Assembly: GCF_002105155.1 (NCBI RefSeq)
Contig: NW_019028982.1
Coordinates: 124,001-188,000, forward strand
Origin: Lobosporangium transversale
Lineage: Eukaryota
Direction of reading: 5' to 3'
DNA: 64,000 nucleotides
The translations under genes and the position numbers were made by a program. Shown here one piece after another: positions 17,201 through 28,974 of this stretch. Numbering within the stretch: position 1 is the first letter of the stretch; the number at the start of each line of letters is the position of its first letter. A model generated the notes under the pieces. That model was not told the DNA's origin, did no database searches, and saw only the letters and a list, made by a program, of their open reading frames with translations.

Positions 17201-18379
17201 TCGAAGCGTGATTCTGGTGTTTTAATGTCGCCAGGAATTGAATTTTCAGAGAGGGATAAACCATCTGCAGAGGTGGCTGAATTCGCTAAGAAATATCGTA
17301 TTATGGTTCACGGAACGAATGATACCAATGAGGATGCAGAGAAGCTGAGGAAAGAGACTGAGGATATGACGCCAGAAGAAATAAAAAAATATTTCATGAA
17401 GCTCGCCAAAGACGCCAAGGAGGATGAAGAAAAGAAATTTGGGGAGCGAGTCAATGAAGGTGATGTGTTGGCAGACGATGATCAGGATGACGAGAATACA
17501 ATGTCATTTGGAGATTTGCGTGCCAAATTGCCCAAGCCTTCTAAAGAAGCACAACCGGATCCAATTACTAAACATCAAGCGCTCTGTCTTCGGATCCTGG
17601 ACAAAGCTGGTTATTTCCTCACAACATCTTCTCCACGTATGCGCATCTTAGCATTGGAGATCATTCAATCATCAATAATTGTTCTTAAGGATCGGCCGCA
17701 AGAGCTCCATCCTGCAATCCATGCATTCTGGCCTTCGATTGTAGGCCGTGTCTTGAAACGGTCAGAGATGGAAGTGTTTTATGTCAGCTTAAGAGCAATC
17801 GAGGTTGTGACACTGTTGGCAGAAAATTGTAGCGATTTCTTGGGACGACATCTATTGGACGACATATGGCCGTTCATTATAAAGGCACTACAGGCTTGGA
17901 CAACGAAGAAGCAAGCACCAGGCATGAACAACAAGGCGCGAGTCAGGATTACCTCCAAACAACAGCAGGACCACAAACAGAAGCAACGCTTACAGGGTCG
18001 ACGTGAAGCATCAGCAAAGGTATATACACTGGAACACCGACTACAGATGACAACACTAGAAAGCGTAGCCAAGATTGTTTGCAAGGTGCGGATACCTGTG
18101 CGGGACCTATGGGACATGCTCTTGCTGGCAAGAGACATGATGCTGGATCACCATTGGACACTGCATTGGGATGTTCGTATGGCAGCATCAGAGGCGATAA
18201 AAAGTATGGCTGTGGCTGGACATGGAGATGCTGTTTATGTGGCTCTAAATGAGGTCATAGAGGGCTCAAACGAGGTAGAGGTGAATGAGAATAGTGAAGT
18301 AGAGAAGGAGAAGGAGGAAGACGAGGCCGTCAAGATGTGTCAAGATATCATATCGTTCATGGAGAGTAGAAATCTATAA
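14251..18379 (+). CDS. TTI1: TEL2-interacting protein 1 (TTT complex HEAT-repeat subunit); exon 14251-14295, intron, exon 14408-18379
   Basis: Helical-repeat ORF of about 1340 aa with Tti1-like segments WFPGLAAGL, LYILLEHLGD..VRDTA...L..VAFVCHYDSIGDLIQANYDYVI and LHPAIHAFWPSIV.R. A short upstream exon joins in frame. Confidence 0.85.
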
Positions 18380-18506
18380 ACATAGCTTTTTTTTTTTTTT
18401 TTTTTTTTTTTCATTAATAAACACACGTGATGGGATACTGAATTCTTTGTTTCTTGACTACAATATTCATGCTAGAGTTGTTTTCTGTATTAGAAATTGC
18501 ATTACC

Positions 18507-21301
18507 ATGGGGCAAGGTGTAGAATCCCTGAATGTGCAAAGGCCAAGTAGTCAGGGTACAGTCATCGTGCCAACATTAGGCATAGAAAATAATAATAAAA
18601 AGGCATACAGATCATTTGCAGGCATTAACTTGACACATGTACTTTCCTTTTGTTTTTATTTGACTTGTATTAAAAAAAAAAATCCTGTCATGCAGGTGAA
18701 GGTTCGCGGCTATTCGAAGAGGAAAGACCTTCATATTTTGTCTTCACAATCGCGAATCTCAAAGATACCCTACACCCTTCATCTACACCCCCAACACCAT
18801 CACCTGTTCGTGGAAAGGCTGCACGGATATCATCTCGTTCCCAACAACCGCAATCATCAAATGTTGCAAGTGCTAGTTCTACAAAGAAGAAGAAGAGGCT
18901 AAGGAAAAACCGCAAGAAGGAAAACGAGTCTGAACATGATACACCGGCCTATTTAGAGTCTGCCCAGCAAGAAGTCGATAATGGCAGTGGGCAATTGCAG
19001 GAAGACAAAGTTCAGACCTCTTTTGATTATAGGAACACGTTGGCTGCTACTGTAGGATCCTCCTTAGCTGTAAATCCCAAAGAGTATGACGATGAGGACG
19101 ATGAGGACGATGAGGACGATGAGGATGCTTTATTACTTATTAAGTCTCCACTGATTAAAGATTCATCTAACCCGTCAAGTAGTAAGCAAATCTCTGAGCA
19201 ATCGCGGGTTCAAAACACAACATATTCTCCAGAACCAACATCTTTATCACAACTCCAACCTGGCCAACGGATACCATCAAATTCAATATCACAGTCCACA
19301 GAAGAGAAAGCACAGCTGGACGACATAGAATACTCAGACCCAGAATTTTCTTTTGAGGTAAATTTTATCAATGATCGAGATGAGGATCAGTACTCGCATC
19401 ATAACGATGCCTCTGATCTGAATCCGACCATGGAAGCGCCTATTGAAGCCAGGAAACCCTCTATTCTGGGGGATAATACCCAAGCATCAGCAGAAGTTCC
19501 TGAATCAAGTCATGAATATGACTCAAATATCAGCAAACCCATGAAAAGCCAGCCTCACGGGCCATCGTTAATTAGCAATCGGCCGTTGAAACCTAGTTCG
19601 GAATCCTCTAGTTTGGAATCCCTCAGTTCGACCGAATCAGAGAGTGCCCAGTCAATGGCTGAAGCACTGAATGAAAATGGTGAAAGTAATCGAACAAAAT
19701 TGCGACTTGAATGTGTTCAAATACCTCTTATTCCCAATTCTCCTTCAAAATCGCATCGAGTATCACCGGCTCCAGAGCTTCAGCTACATGCCGAACCTAA
19801 TACTAGTGTGCTTCTATCTAAGCATGTCGACGGCAATGACGTGGCTCTATATACTCAGGAGAAGCTGAATGCTGATACACAAGAAACGTCTACAACTTCA
19901 TCTCCTAACTCGCCATCCAAGCGGTCTCTTTGTACAATTCGATCCCGTACATCCGTTGGCCGCGATCCCGTCCCTAAAGATAGCCCGTCTCGACATACTC
20001 GATCGCATGGTAGAGCTGCTCCCAGAAGAGCTGGATTACGGCCTAGAGAACTTGATCAGAGTTATGTATCAATGTTCTATGACCCTATCGACATGGATAA
20101 TGGTCAATCTGTAGATATCAGCGAGAACGAGCATCCACAATCAAATCTGGAGCAGTTGACGACATTACCAAGAACACCAGCGTATGAAAAGCTGATTCAG
20201 AAAGCGCCCCATGACGACGAAAATGAACAGCACAGCAGTTCAAGCACGTCACGGGCATTAAGGTCACAGACACGCCAAACTATTTCGGCGCAAAGTTTGC
20301 GAACAACCCCAGGAAAACGATGTTCTTCACGTAGTGCCAGTCAAGCCGATGATGACAATGAATGCTCGAATGATCTTGGGTCACAGAGCACTGGGAAGAG
20401 GATGGCAGTACGTGGAGGCGTCAAAAGACTTCGGAGGGGATTGTCTTCGAATCTACCGGAGGAATCACCTTTTTTGGCAGTCCCAGGAGGCTTTGAGGGT
20501 GCTGAGGGCCCTAAGACTAATGCTAAGCATGAATGGCGGCCTCGTCAACAAGCATCTCCATCAAGACAGCGAAGGTCAAAGGTAGCGAAAAACATAAGAG
20601 ATACAGGATTGTCGAGCGATGAATCAGGAAGAGAAAGTACTGGGATTCCATCTTTTAAGAGACGAAGTCAGGTTGATAGTTCACTTGAAGCCTCTCCACA
20701 GCCGTCTTCTCATACCATCCGATCTCCATCTCTTTGTTCATTATCATCCTTGGACCCATGGGACAAGATTACTGGCTCTCTATTGTCCCCAATAGTGCCC
20801 ATGGAAATTTCTCCGGATGTATCAGATATTGAACTCGATACCACAAGAGATGTATCACTGCAGAAGACTATCGAGGGAGCACAAGGCCAGAAATCAGCTT
20901 TGCCTGTCAAATATCCACAGATCAAGGAAGCTTCTGTTATGGATCGAGTGCAGACGCCCCTAGAGCAGGGGCATAGGCAGCCGCTATTAAAACCGAGATC
21001 TTCAGAAGACACTTCTAGGGCCATTACTTTACCTGCTAAAGAATCTATTGAATTCAAGAGTGCTGCTACTCTAGGGGCCTTATCCAGAAAGAGCAATCAG
21101 CGAGAAGATCTAGCCTCTCAGACCACTCATGTGCAAAACGATCCCTGGGATTTGAACCGCTTGCAAGAGCTGTGGGTCGAAAGTGGAGTAAAATGGCCAC
21201 TGAGAGATCGAATGATCGAAGCCGAATCGTTTGAAAAAGAACCATTTCCGTTCAACTTTGTGTTTGGAACTGCGATACCGCTGCCCAAGGGGACCATTTA
21301 A
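18507..21301 (+). CDS. Hypothetical S/P/R-rich disordered protein, probably nuclear; 2 exons (approximately 18507-18555 and 18696-21301)
   Basis: Long open frame from 18696 to 21301. A phase-1 GTACAG donor and TGCAG acceptor join an upstream ATG. NLS-like KKKKRLRKNRKK, an acidic tract and a short aromatic C-terminal segment. Confidence 0.7.
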
Positions 21302-22351
21302 GTTCCTCTTTCTTCTTTCCTCTCTTTCTTTTTCTCTCTTTCTTTTTGTTCATTGTATTTTTGTATATTTCTGACCTCGAGAAGTACATGTATCAAAATT
21401 TCCCTTGTTTTCTTTTTAAAAAAAAAATTACAGCAAAGAGGAAGAATCGGCTTCTTTTCTCTTTTACTTCTTTTTAACTGTCTCTTTGTTCTAAGTTTTA
21501 GTATTTAACATAAATGCGTGGGGATTGGAAAAAGATAATAAATTCCACAAACTTCTTCAAGACTCACGGCTATTCTTAATTTCCTCTGACAACTTTTGTC
21601 AAAATGACAATCATACTAGTAAAAATTGGAGTAGAATCAACGACACCATTCATGTCAACGCTCACAGCAATGGCAGCAATAATGGCGATAGCAGAAAAGG
21701 TGTTCGCATCAACAGAGTCAATATCAATGGCGACAATTAAAACAGCAATACATCCGCTCCGGTAGGATCGCCAATAGCACCCATATCATTAACAACACTT
21801 CAATGATCCACATAGCGGAAAATCATGAAGATCATGCTATATTCAGTCAAATCATTTATCTCCTCGATGAATTAGATTTTACAGCCCGAATGTTGGTGCA
21901 GATACAGCAAGACCTTCAGCAGCTCGTCCAGAATTCTTTTTATCTGAGGCTCAAAGATCTAACTGTCCAGCGAATTTGGCATCGTTAAGGCTATGCATTC
22001 AGGAGTATGAGAACAGGCAATCATCTGGCGGATGTTCGCGACCACGACAAAATCTGGACAGATAATTCGAGATCGAAATGAATGACATGCATATCAATGA
22101 CTATCAAACATTTGTCAACTTTGTTAACAAGTTGAATAAGCGCGATAACAACCATAAAGAGAGCTCAATTCTTTAAAAATACATCTTTCTGAATGAATTG
22201 AAGGTCCCGCTTCAAAGGATTCCTGCTGCATCAACCATCCTTGGCTACTTGACTAGCCGAAGTGTACAAATGTGAATGAATTTGCGCTTATATTTTAGTT
22301 TTTTTTTTTTTTTTCTTCTCAAAGGCTTAACATGTCATACATTATGCTTTT

Positions 22352-25021
22352 CTAGCTAAACTGCACCCACTCCATCTTTTTCCAGGCTCTTTTACGCACT
22401 TCCCGAATTTCCTGCAACTCAATCAACGATTTCAGCCCTCGTAACTCCAATCGCTTGAGACCTTTCACATTGGCGCCAAGTTCCTGCAACAAGAATGATA
22501 CACTTTCCTTCATCACTTTGATCTCTTGTTCTGACCCTAATACGCCAGCTTGAAGCCTTATGTTTAATATTACCATAGATCTTGGTACAATGGGGGCTCC
22601 TCCTTTGATAACCCTTCCTACCCTCAAATCCTCCAAATGATGTAGTTTACTCAATTGGGTCGTCAGCTCCTTGGGAAACCCGACTATCCAGTCGTAGGCA
22701 GCATCAAAGTCCAAATACCTTAAATGGAGCACTCTGAGCTTCTTGCAGACCCATTCTTCAACAGGCCACTCCATCTTGCCTGACCTATCAGCGAAAGCAT
22801 TCTCTCCTTCCTGCAAAGCAGCCTGCGTCTCCTTGGCCTTGACAGCCCCAGTAGTCTCAATGGCCTCATTGATTCCAGCTATAGTAGGCTCCGAGACAAT
22901 AGCAGAGGCCGGAATTCTCATATTCTCTACTTCTAATATTGTATCAGTCATCTCCAGCCATTTGTAACTGTCTCGATCCAGTCGTGACATCGCTTCCACC
23001 ACTTCAAGCTTCCTGCAGACACAGAGAACGCGATGTAGTGCCCGGCCCTCGAACATTTTAGACCCTGCGATCGTCAAGGTGACAAGTGTATGTGAATGAC
23101 ATGTCAGGAGCACACCAACCGTCAATGGATATGCAGATGTGCTGAAGGTCGTCTTGAAGGTCTCGAGACCACGGGAGAATTGTAGACGCTCCCCAGTGAT
23201 CGGATGAATCTCATCGTAATGATCACTATTTTCATCAACTTCATCATAGTTCTCGTCACCCGTTGAGGCTTCGCTTAATTCTTCTTCCTCCTCCTCTTCC
23301 CCTTCTTCCTCTTCTCCACCCAGCCCAGAAACCCTAAGCACTCCTTCTTCTTGTGCTTTCTTATACCTGCGTCTACACTTACGCCCCTGCTCCTGCCTCT
23401 GATGGAGTCTGTTCTCTCGCCACTGATGTCCAATCACCCACAGCAACCTTGATAGTAATCCATCCTGCGCACAGTATGCTTTAAGCCAAAGATGCCTCAG
23501 GTAGCTCCATCGAGTTCTTGTCAACTCAATCAACCTTTCGATATTCTGGGGAAAGAACGTTGGGGTAGTTAATCGTTCCAAATAAGTACAGCGCTGGAGG
23601 AATTCAAAAATCGAGCGCGTTCCGTCATCAAGGGTCATGATCCCAAGATCTAATTCCCGTAAACAGTAAATTTGGCTAACAGAAGCAAATTGCCGCGTTT
23701 GAAGTGGAGGTGCACCCAAGTAAAAGGATCCTATGCTTGACAGCGCTGCAACGACTACGGACTGCCATGGATAGCCAATACTTCTATCAGCAGGCTGATT
23801 CAATTCCTCAGTAGATGATAGCAGGAGTGCTGATGGTGCCGATGCTGACGGCAAACCGCCTTGAACATCAGACTGCCTTCCTTCACGGACTGCCTGGAGA
23901 CCCACAACTATTTTCTCATCTAGAATATCTACAACTCTTTGACACATTGCCCCTAGAAATAAGACCTCGACCGACCCTGCAATGATCTCAAGCGTCCTTC
24001 GAAACCCCTCACAAGAAATATTGAAGTCAGCTTGCTTATTATAAAGCTCCTGTAACGTAGCGCCATCCCTCCATGCTGATACTGCTGTTGTTGTTTGTGT
24101 TGTCTTTTTCCCACCCCCATTCCCATCCCTATTCCCATCATCATCTTCTATTGCCTTGGTCTTTTCCACACTTTTGTCTTTGTTTGTTGTGGTTGTTGCC
24201 ATTGCCTTATTGTTTCCGAAACCATAATTCACCAGTCGTTCTATCCGCAGGATTGTCTCAAGGAAGACAAAAGGGTCTTCAAAATTGATGTGTGTAACCT
24301 TGAGCGATTGGAGTTTAGGAACGACCTCAGGATCAAGCAAAGGTAAAAGTAAGTGCATCTTGCGCCGATTAGCCTCCTTACTGTTGGGTCGGTTCACCAA
24401 ATCCAAACTGTGGATCGCACGCAGGTTTGGAAAGACAATTCTATATGGGTTGGGTTTCCCATTGCCTTTGCCTCCTATGCCACTATTATTACTATTGCTG
24501 CTACCATAAACCTTGTTTCTAGTGCATCCGGTCTGAAGCCGAGGATTATCAACAGAGCCATTGGCGTTGATCTGGGTCATGGACATGGAGCTTGCCAATG
24601 TGTTAGGATCCGAATAGAACAAAATCCAAGCATCTGCAAATCTCGTGGTGATGGTTTCCACAAACGGGGCGTATTGTCTCAATGCTGCTTGAGCAATTGG
24701 TGTCTTCAATCGATTGATCTTTGAGCGTCGGTTTAAGGTAAGGTGACGCCAGAGGTATGGCTGGAATGCAGTATGGAAATCTCGCGAGACAAATGTGCAA
24801 CGTCGAATGTCACGGACCGTCAAGAATCTGCATATCTTGGATTGTATCAAATAAATCTCAAAGATCGTGGCACGTCGTTGATGGGTCTTGACAGCCATGG
24901 TAGGAGTACTGGACGTGGATAAGGTGATCAATATGATCGGATCCGTGGCCTCTACGGTATTGGTATCGCTTGTTCGAGTTGTTGAGTTTCCGTTATGGCG
25001 CCTCAATGGCGCTGTTGTCAT
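22352..25021 (-). CDS. F-box/LRR (RNI-like) protein, intronless
   Basis: F-box-like IFEIYLIQSKICRFLTVRDIRRCTFVSRDFHTAFQPYLWRHL, FLQRCTYLERL, and C-terminal WVCKKLRVLHL and QLSKLHHLEDLRVG. Confidence 0.75.
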   Translation of the reverse strand: MTTAPLRRHNGNSTTRTSDTNTVEATDPIILITLSTSSTPTMAVKTHQRRATIFEIYLIQSKICRFLTVRDIRRCTFVSRDFHTAFQPYLWRHLTLNRRSKINRLKTPIAQAALRQYAPFVETITTRFADAWILFYSDPNTLASSMSMTQINANGSVDNPRLQTGCTRNKVYGSSNSNNSGIGGKGNGKPNPYRIVFPNLRAIHSLDLVNRPNSKEANRRKMHLLLPLLDPEVVPKLQSLKVTHINFEDPFVFLETILRIERLVNYGFGNNKAMATTTTNKDKSVEKTKAIEDDDGNRDGNGGGKKTTQTTTAVSAWRDGATLQELYNKQADFNISCEGFRRTLEIIAGSVEVLFLGAMCQRVVDILDEKIVVGLQAVREGRQSDVQGGLPSASAPSALLLSSTEELNQPADRSIGYPWQSVVVAALSSIGSFYLGAPPLQTRQFASVSQIYCLRELDLGIMTLDDGTRSIFEFLQRCTYLERLTTPTFFPQNIERLIELTRTRWSYLRHLWLKAYCAQDGLLSRLLWVIGHQWRENRLHQRQEQGRKCRRRYKKAQEEGVLRVSGLGGEEEEGEEEEEEELSEASTGDENYDEVDENSDHYDEIHPITGERLQFSRGLETFKTTFSTSAYPLTVGVLLTCHSHTLVTLTIAGSKMFEGRALHRVLCVCRKLEVVEAMSRLDRDSYKWLEMTDTILEVENMRIPASAIVSEPTIAGINEAIETTGAVKAKETQAALQEGENAFADRSGKMEWPVEEWVCKKLRVLHLRYLDFDAAYDWIVGFPKELTTQLSKLHHLEDLRVGRVIKGGAPIVPRSMVILNIRLQAGVLGSEQEIKVMKESVSFLLQELGANVKGLKRLELRGLKSLIELQEIREVRKRAWKKMEWVQFS

Positions 25022-25378
25022 TTTAGAATATTCTTGCTATTTTTATTTTTAATTTTCTATTTTTTATCGTTTATTTTTTTTTTAATTTTTTAAAAAAAGA
25101 ATTGAAAGAATGTAAGAATGAAGAGATGAAGAAATGAAGATGAGAAATAAAAAAAGATGACTAGGATTGCGAAATATAGTGCAAACGAGTATCTCATCCC
25201 AGCCTTGACTTGTTTTGATGCTTTTTTTTTTTTTTTTTTTTTTTTTTTGTTTTATTTTATTATTATTATTTTTTTTTTTGTAACAGACCTAAAAGAACTT
25301 TATGATTGTACTGGAGTAGTGCTACATGTAATAATAGTGACAAGTATGTCCTATTTGGGAGTATATTTTTAAAATTAT

Positions 25379-26744
25379 TTAACATACTAAAGGTAAATCC
25401 TTCGCCTTGACCTTGGCCCCCTTGCGAGATCCAAGATCGAGGTGCAAGTTACGATGAAATAGCTCGAGTAGCAAATCGAAGCAGACTTTGGCTATCGCAG
25501 CATCATATCGTCCTTTACTCAATTCATCGCGGATGAAGGCATGCTGAGCCTGGACCTCCAAGAATGTAGTCGTGACATCCGCATCCTCCAATGTCTTGCG
25601 AATCAGATCTCGACCAGCCCTTGGTACATGATTGTCTTGTTTCCCAAAAATCATCACAACCTCACCCTGGATCTCGGGCACTCTGGCAAGCGAGTCCGAA
25701 TTCTTGCCTTTGCCCAAAGTCTCTGAATGAATGTCTGTGGCGAAATAGCACACACTGGCAAGAACACGAGGATCAAATGCAGCCTGAGGAAATAAAGAAT
25801 GCGGAGGCAGCGATGAGAGAGATAAATTAGCTCAATTTTTTCAGCTCAGTATTCAAGATCAATTAATAAATAATAAATGACCTACACGGAAAGCCAGGTG
25901 TCCTCCGAGGCACATGCCAGTAGCACCGATCTTGCCTGTACAATCAGGGCGACTCATAAGGTGATCAATTACCACTGTGGCATCCTCATCATAGGCTGCT
26001 AATTCCTTCTCAACCTTATATCTGTTGCCCTTGTCTAGTAAAAAAGTAAAATAAATAAATAAAAAAAAATGGACAATGAGCATTATACACGTAACTAGAA
26101 CTTAATTATAATCATGCAGGCCACACCAAAGGAGATTGCTTATTGTGACATGGACTACTCGCCAAAACGTCTCCAAAATATTGACGCGATCACGCAATAA
26201 CGCGTATTTTTCCTGTAAACAAAAAAGTACCTGTTCCTGGGACATCGTAGGCAAGAGGAGTCCCTAGAGGCTCAAACTCATGAAAAGACTCATTGCATGC
26301 AACAATATATCCATGGCTTGCAATCTGTCTAGTAGTAACAAAACGAAGGCCGCAGGCCAAAGAATATAAGTCAACATGGTTAAAAAGCTCTTCATAGCGT
26401 CCAGGATATGGGAAAATAAAGTATATAAAATAAAATAAAAAAGATATACCTGCAGAAGCGATCCAAGGGACCAGTAACTTGGTAGATCTCTGTTTCAACA
26501 AGACAGATAGTTCAAAAACATATTGTTATTGGCATGTTCCATTATTATTATTCATTGGGATCTCAATTTGAAAAAATACATGCAGCAATGTCGTTGAAAC
26601 ATTAAAAAACGTCCTACCGGTGAACACAGCAACACCTGGAAACTTTGCATTAGGGTAGTGGTCAGACACATTAGGCTGGTAGATATAAGTGCGCATAGGA
26701 CCCGATGAGGTCTGCAAGTCAACGTAGGATTCCTTAACAAGCAT
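25379..26744 (-). CDS. Dienelactone hydrolase family (carboxymethylenebutenolidase-like); 5 exons
   Basis: FT|EIYQVTGP, nucleophile motif GATGMCLGGHLAFR, and catalytic Asp/His in GKQDNHVP and AQHAFIRDE. Four GT-AG introns restore the frame. Confidence 0.9.
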
Positions 26745-27462
26745 TGTTGAAATGCGAATGAAGAACTGGATTGACGGAATGAACAGAAATAGACTACTGT
26801 ATGTTTGTCATTGAGAACGGTGGTGCAAGTTGCATTGTTGAAGCCACCTTGCAAATCTATGTACCTTTGAACCGTAGGCTAGCTGTGTTCGGGTCAACGC
26901 CTCCCTCTTCACGCTTTTTCCTATTGGTACTGGTGCTAGTACTGGTACTGATGCTAGTGCCGACATTACCTTCTCTCAATAGAAAACTACAAGAACAAGT
27001 ATCTCCCTTCGTTATCCAGAAAATGCAGGTAAAACAAACACTCCTAGTTTCATCAGATGGCCACTAACGACGTTCGCGATATTCTGTGCTGTCGCCACGT
27101 CTTGATGGATTCTTACTTTGTAGTAACTACAGGCATACCGGGCACTTACACCTATCCCTCAGGCGTTTTCGTCAACTAACAAAGAGAGGTTTAAATGAAG
27201 AACCTGTAGCTTTGTCAAGAATGCAATACTGAGATATTTGAGGATGTTTTGGAATATGGGACCAATTTCTATGGCTTGCATTGTCATTGGTCGCTCGACA
27301 CTTTTACTAACTCACTATTTGGATGTGTCTGTACAGTGGCCATTCTTGGCTATTTTTTATTTTTTATTTTTGAAAAGCATTATTGAAATGGGAAAGACAA
27401 TATGATCGATGAAAGCTGAAAATGAGGTATTTACTATGATTGCTATTGTTTCGTTGTTCCTT

Positions 27463-28599
27463 CTAGGGCTGCTCATGCTGAGGCTGAGGCTTGTATTGTG
27501 GACGATGTGTCTTGGGGACCCAAGATCCACGATGCTTATAGTATTGGAAGCATGCGCCGACGACAAACATAGCCAATGTGCCTGCTAACATGCCATACAC
27601 CTTTCCAGAGACCACGTATCCATCGCCTCCAATCAATCCAGTCTTCTTTCCGCTCAAGAACTGGATGAATGCATCTGAGAACCCAGTGTGTACGAAGTTG
27701 TCCAGACCCACAAAGAACGATCCGGATCCAACCAAGGCAGTACCCAAGATCACCACATGACGTTCCACAAAGAATGTGAGCACAATGCCAACAATCACAC
27801 AGGCAATGATGAAGATGGTGCGACCCGTTCCGTTTGAGATCACGCCTGAGGATGCCCAGGAAAGAACAAAGATTGCAAAGTAGAATCCGGAGATAGCGCC
27901 CAAAGCAGCAAAGCCCAGTCGCCAGAAGCAGAGGAAAAGACAGCCTCCCAGCAAACCAGCTGCACCAGAAACACCCAAGTAAATCCATTGCGCGTTCTCA
28001 TATCCAACAGCAGGTTCGGCATTCTTGAGTGCAATCCATGCCAATGTGCCTAAAATTATTAAACATTCCATTCGTTTAGTTAGATTGAACATGATGATGT
28101 GTAAAGCATTGTTTTGCGAAACTGAAGATCCAATGCTTACTGCAGACGTAGAATCCAGCAAGGAAGAGAGTGATCTTGAAGAACTTGTGGCCGAAGAAAG
28201 CAAAGATGAAACCAGCGACCATCAGTACGATTGCAACAATCGTGCCGCTTACAGTGATACGGATAACCTCTAATTAATCGGAACAAAGGGACGTAGAAGA
28301 CCTTGTTAATTGGTGAAACATGATTTTTTTGATTTAATTTGATCAGTAACATGAGTAAACAAAAAAAAAAAAAAAAAAGAAAAAAAAAAGGAAGAGATGG
28401 AGAGGAAGCTTTTGCATGATAGACGAACAGAAATGGGTGCAGTTACGCATAACAATCTAAGCAACTATACTAAGTGGAGACGACCTGTTATAGACTGACT
28501 ACAGTGTTGTACATGAAAAGGATACGATGGTGGTTTCTTCCTATTGATCTAATACCAAAACTCGCTCTTATCCATAGGGTTTGTTCTGAACATTTGTCC

Positions 28600-28631
<32 letters not shown>

Positions 28632-28806
28632 TCACTGTTGACTATTTTCAGTCTTGTAACAGCGGGTGCTATAGTATTTTAGTAGGCTTACCACCAGGAT
28701 TGTTCGGGTCAACGGCAATTCCTTGCGCTCCTTGCGCGAGGACAGAGGGTATGAAGAAGCAGAGAAGGGCCAGCAGGGCCATACTGCGTGCTTGTAATGA
28801 GGCCAT
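27463..28806 (-). CDS. DUF4203 / TMEM198-TM7S3-like multi-pass membrane protein with signal peptide; 3 exons
   Basis: Signal peptide MASLQARSMALLALLCFFIPSVLA, then GFIFAFFGHKFFKITLFLAGF, VILGTALVGS...VGLDNF and G..FQY. Confidence 0.8.
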
Positions 28807-28865
28807 TGCTGTGTTCAGTCTATAACTGTATTTTTATGCCTTTACTTTAATTGATTAATGATTTC

Positions 28866-28974
28866 AATGAATGAATGAATGAATGAATGAATGAATGGAT
28901 GGATGGATGGGATGGATGGGATGGATGGCTGTGATGAATGAGTGAGTGAATGAATGAGTGAATGAATGAGTGAA
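28866..28974. repeat. Compound tetranucleotide microsatellite (AATG)n-(GATG)n-(GTGA/ATGA)n
   Basis: Directly visible, about 60 bp upstream of the DUF4203 ATG. Confidence 0.9.

Noticed and set aside
18622..18695. Second GC-AG intron in the orphan gene
   Set aside because: The GCATTA donor is weak, and an in-phase GTACAG donor near 18556 explains the join.
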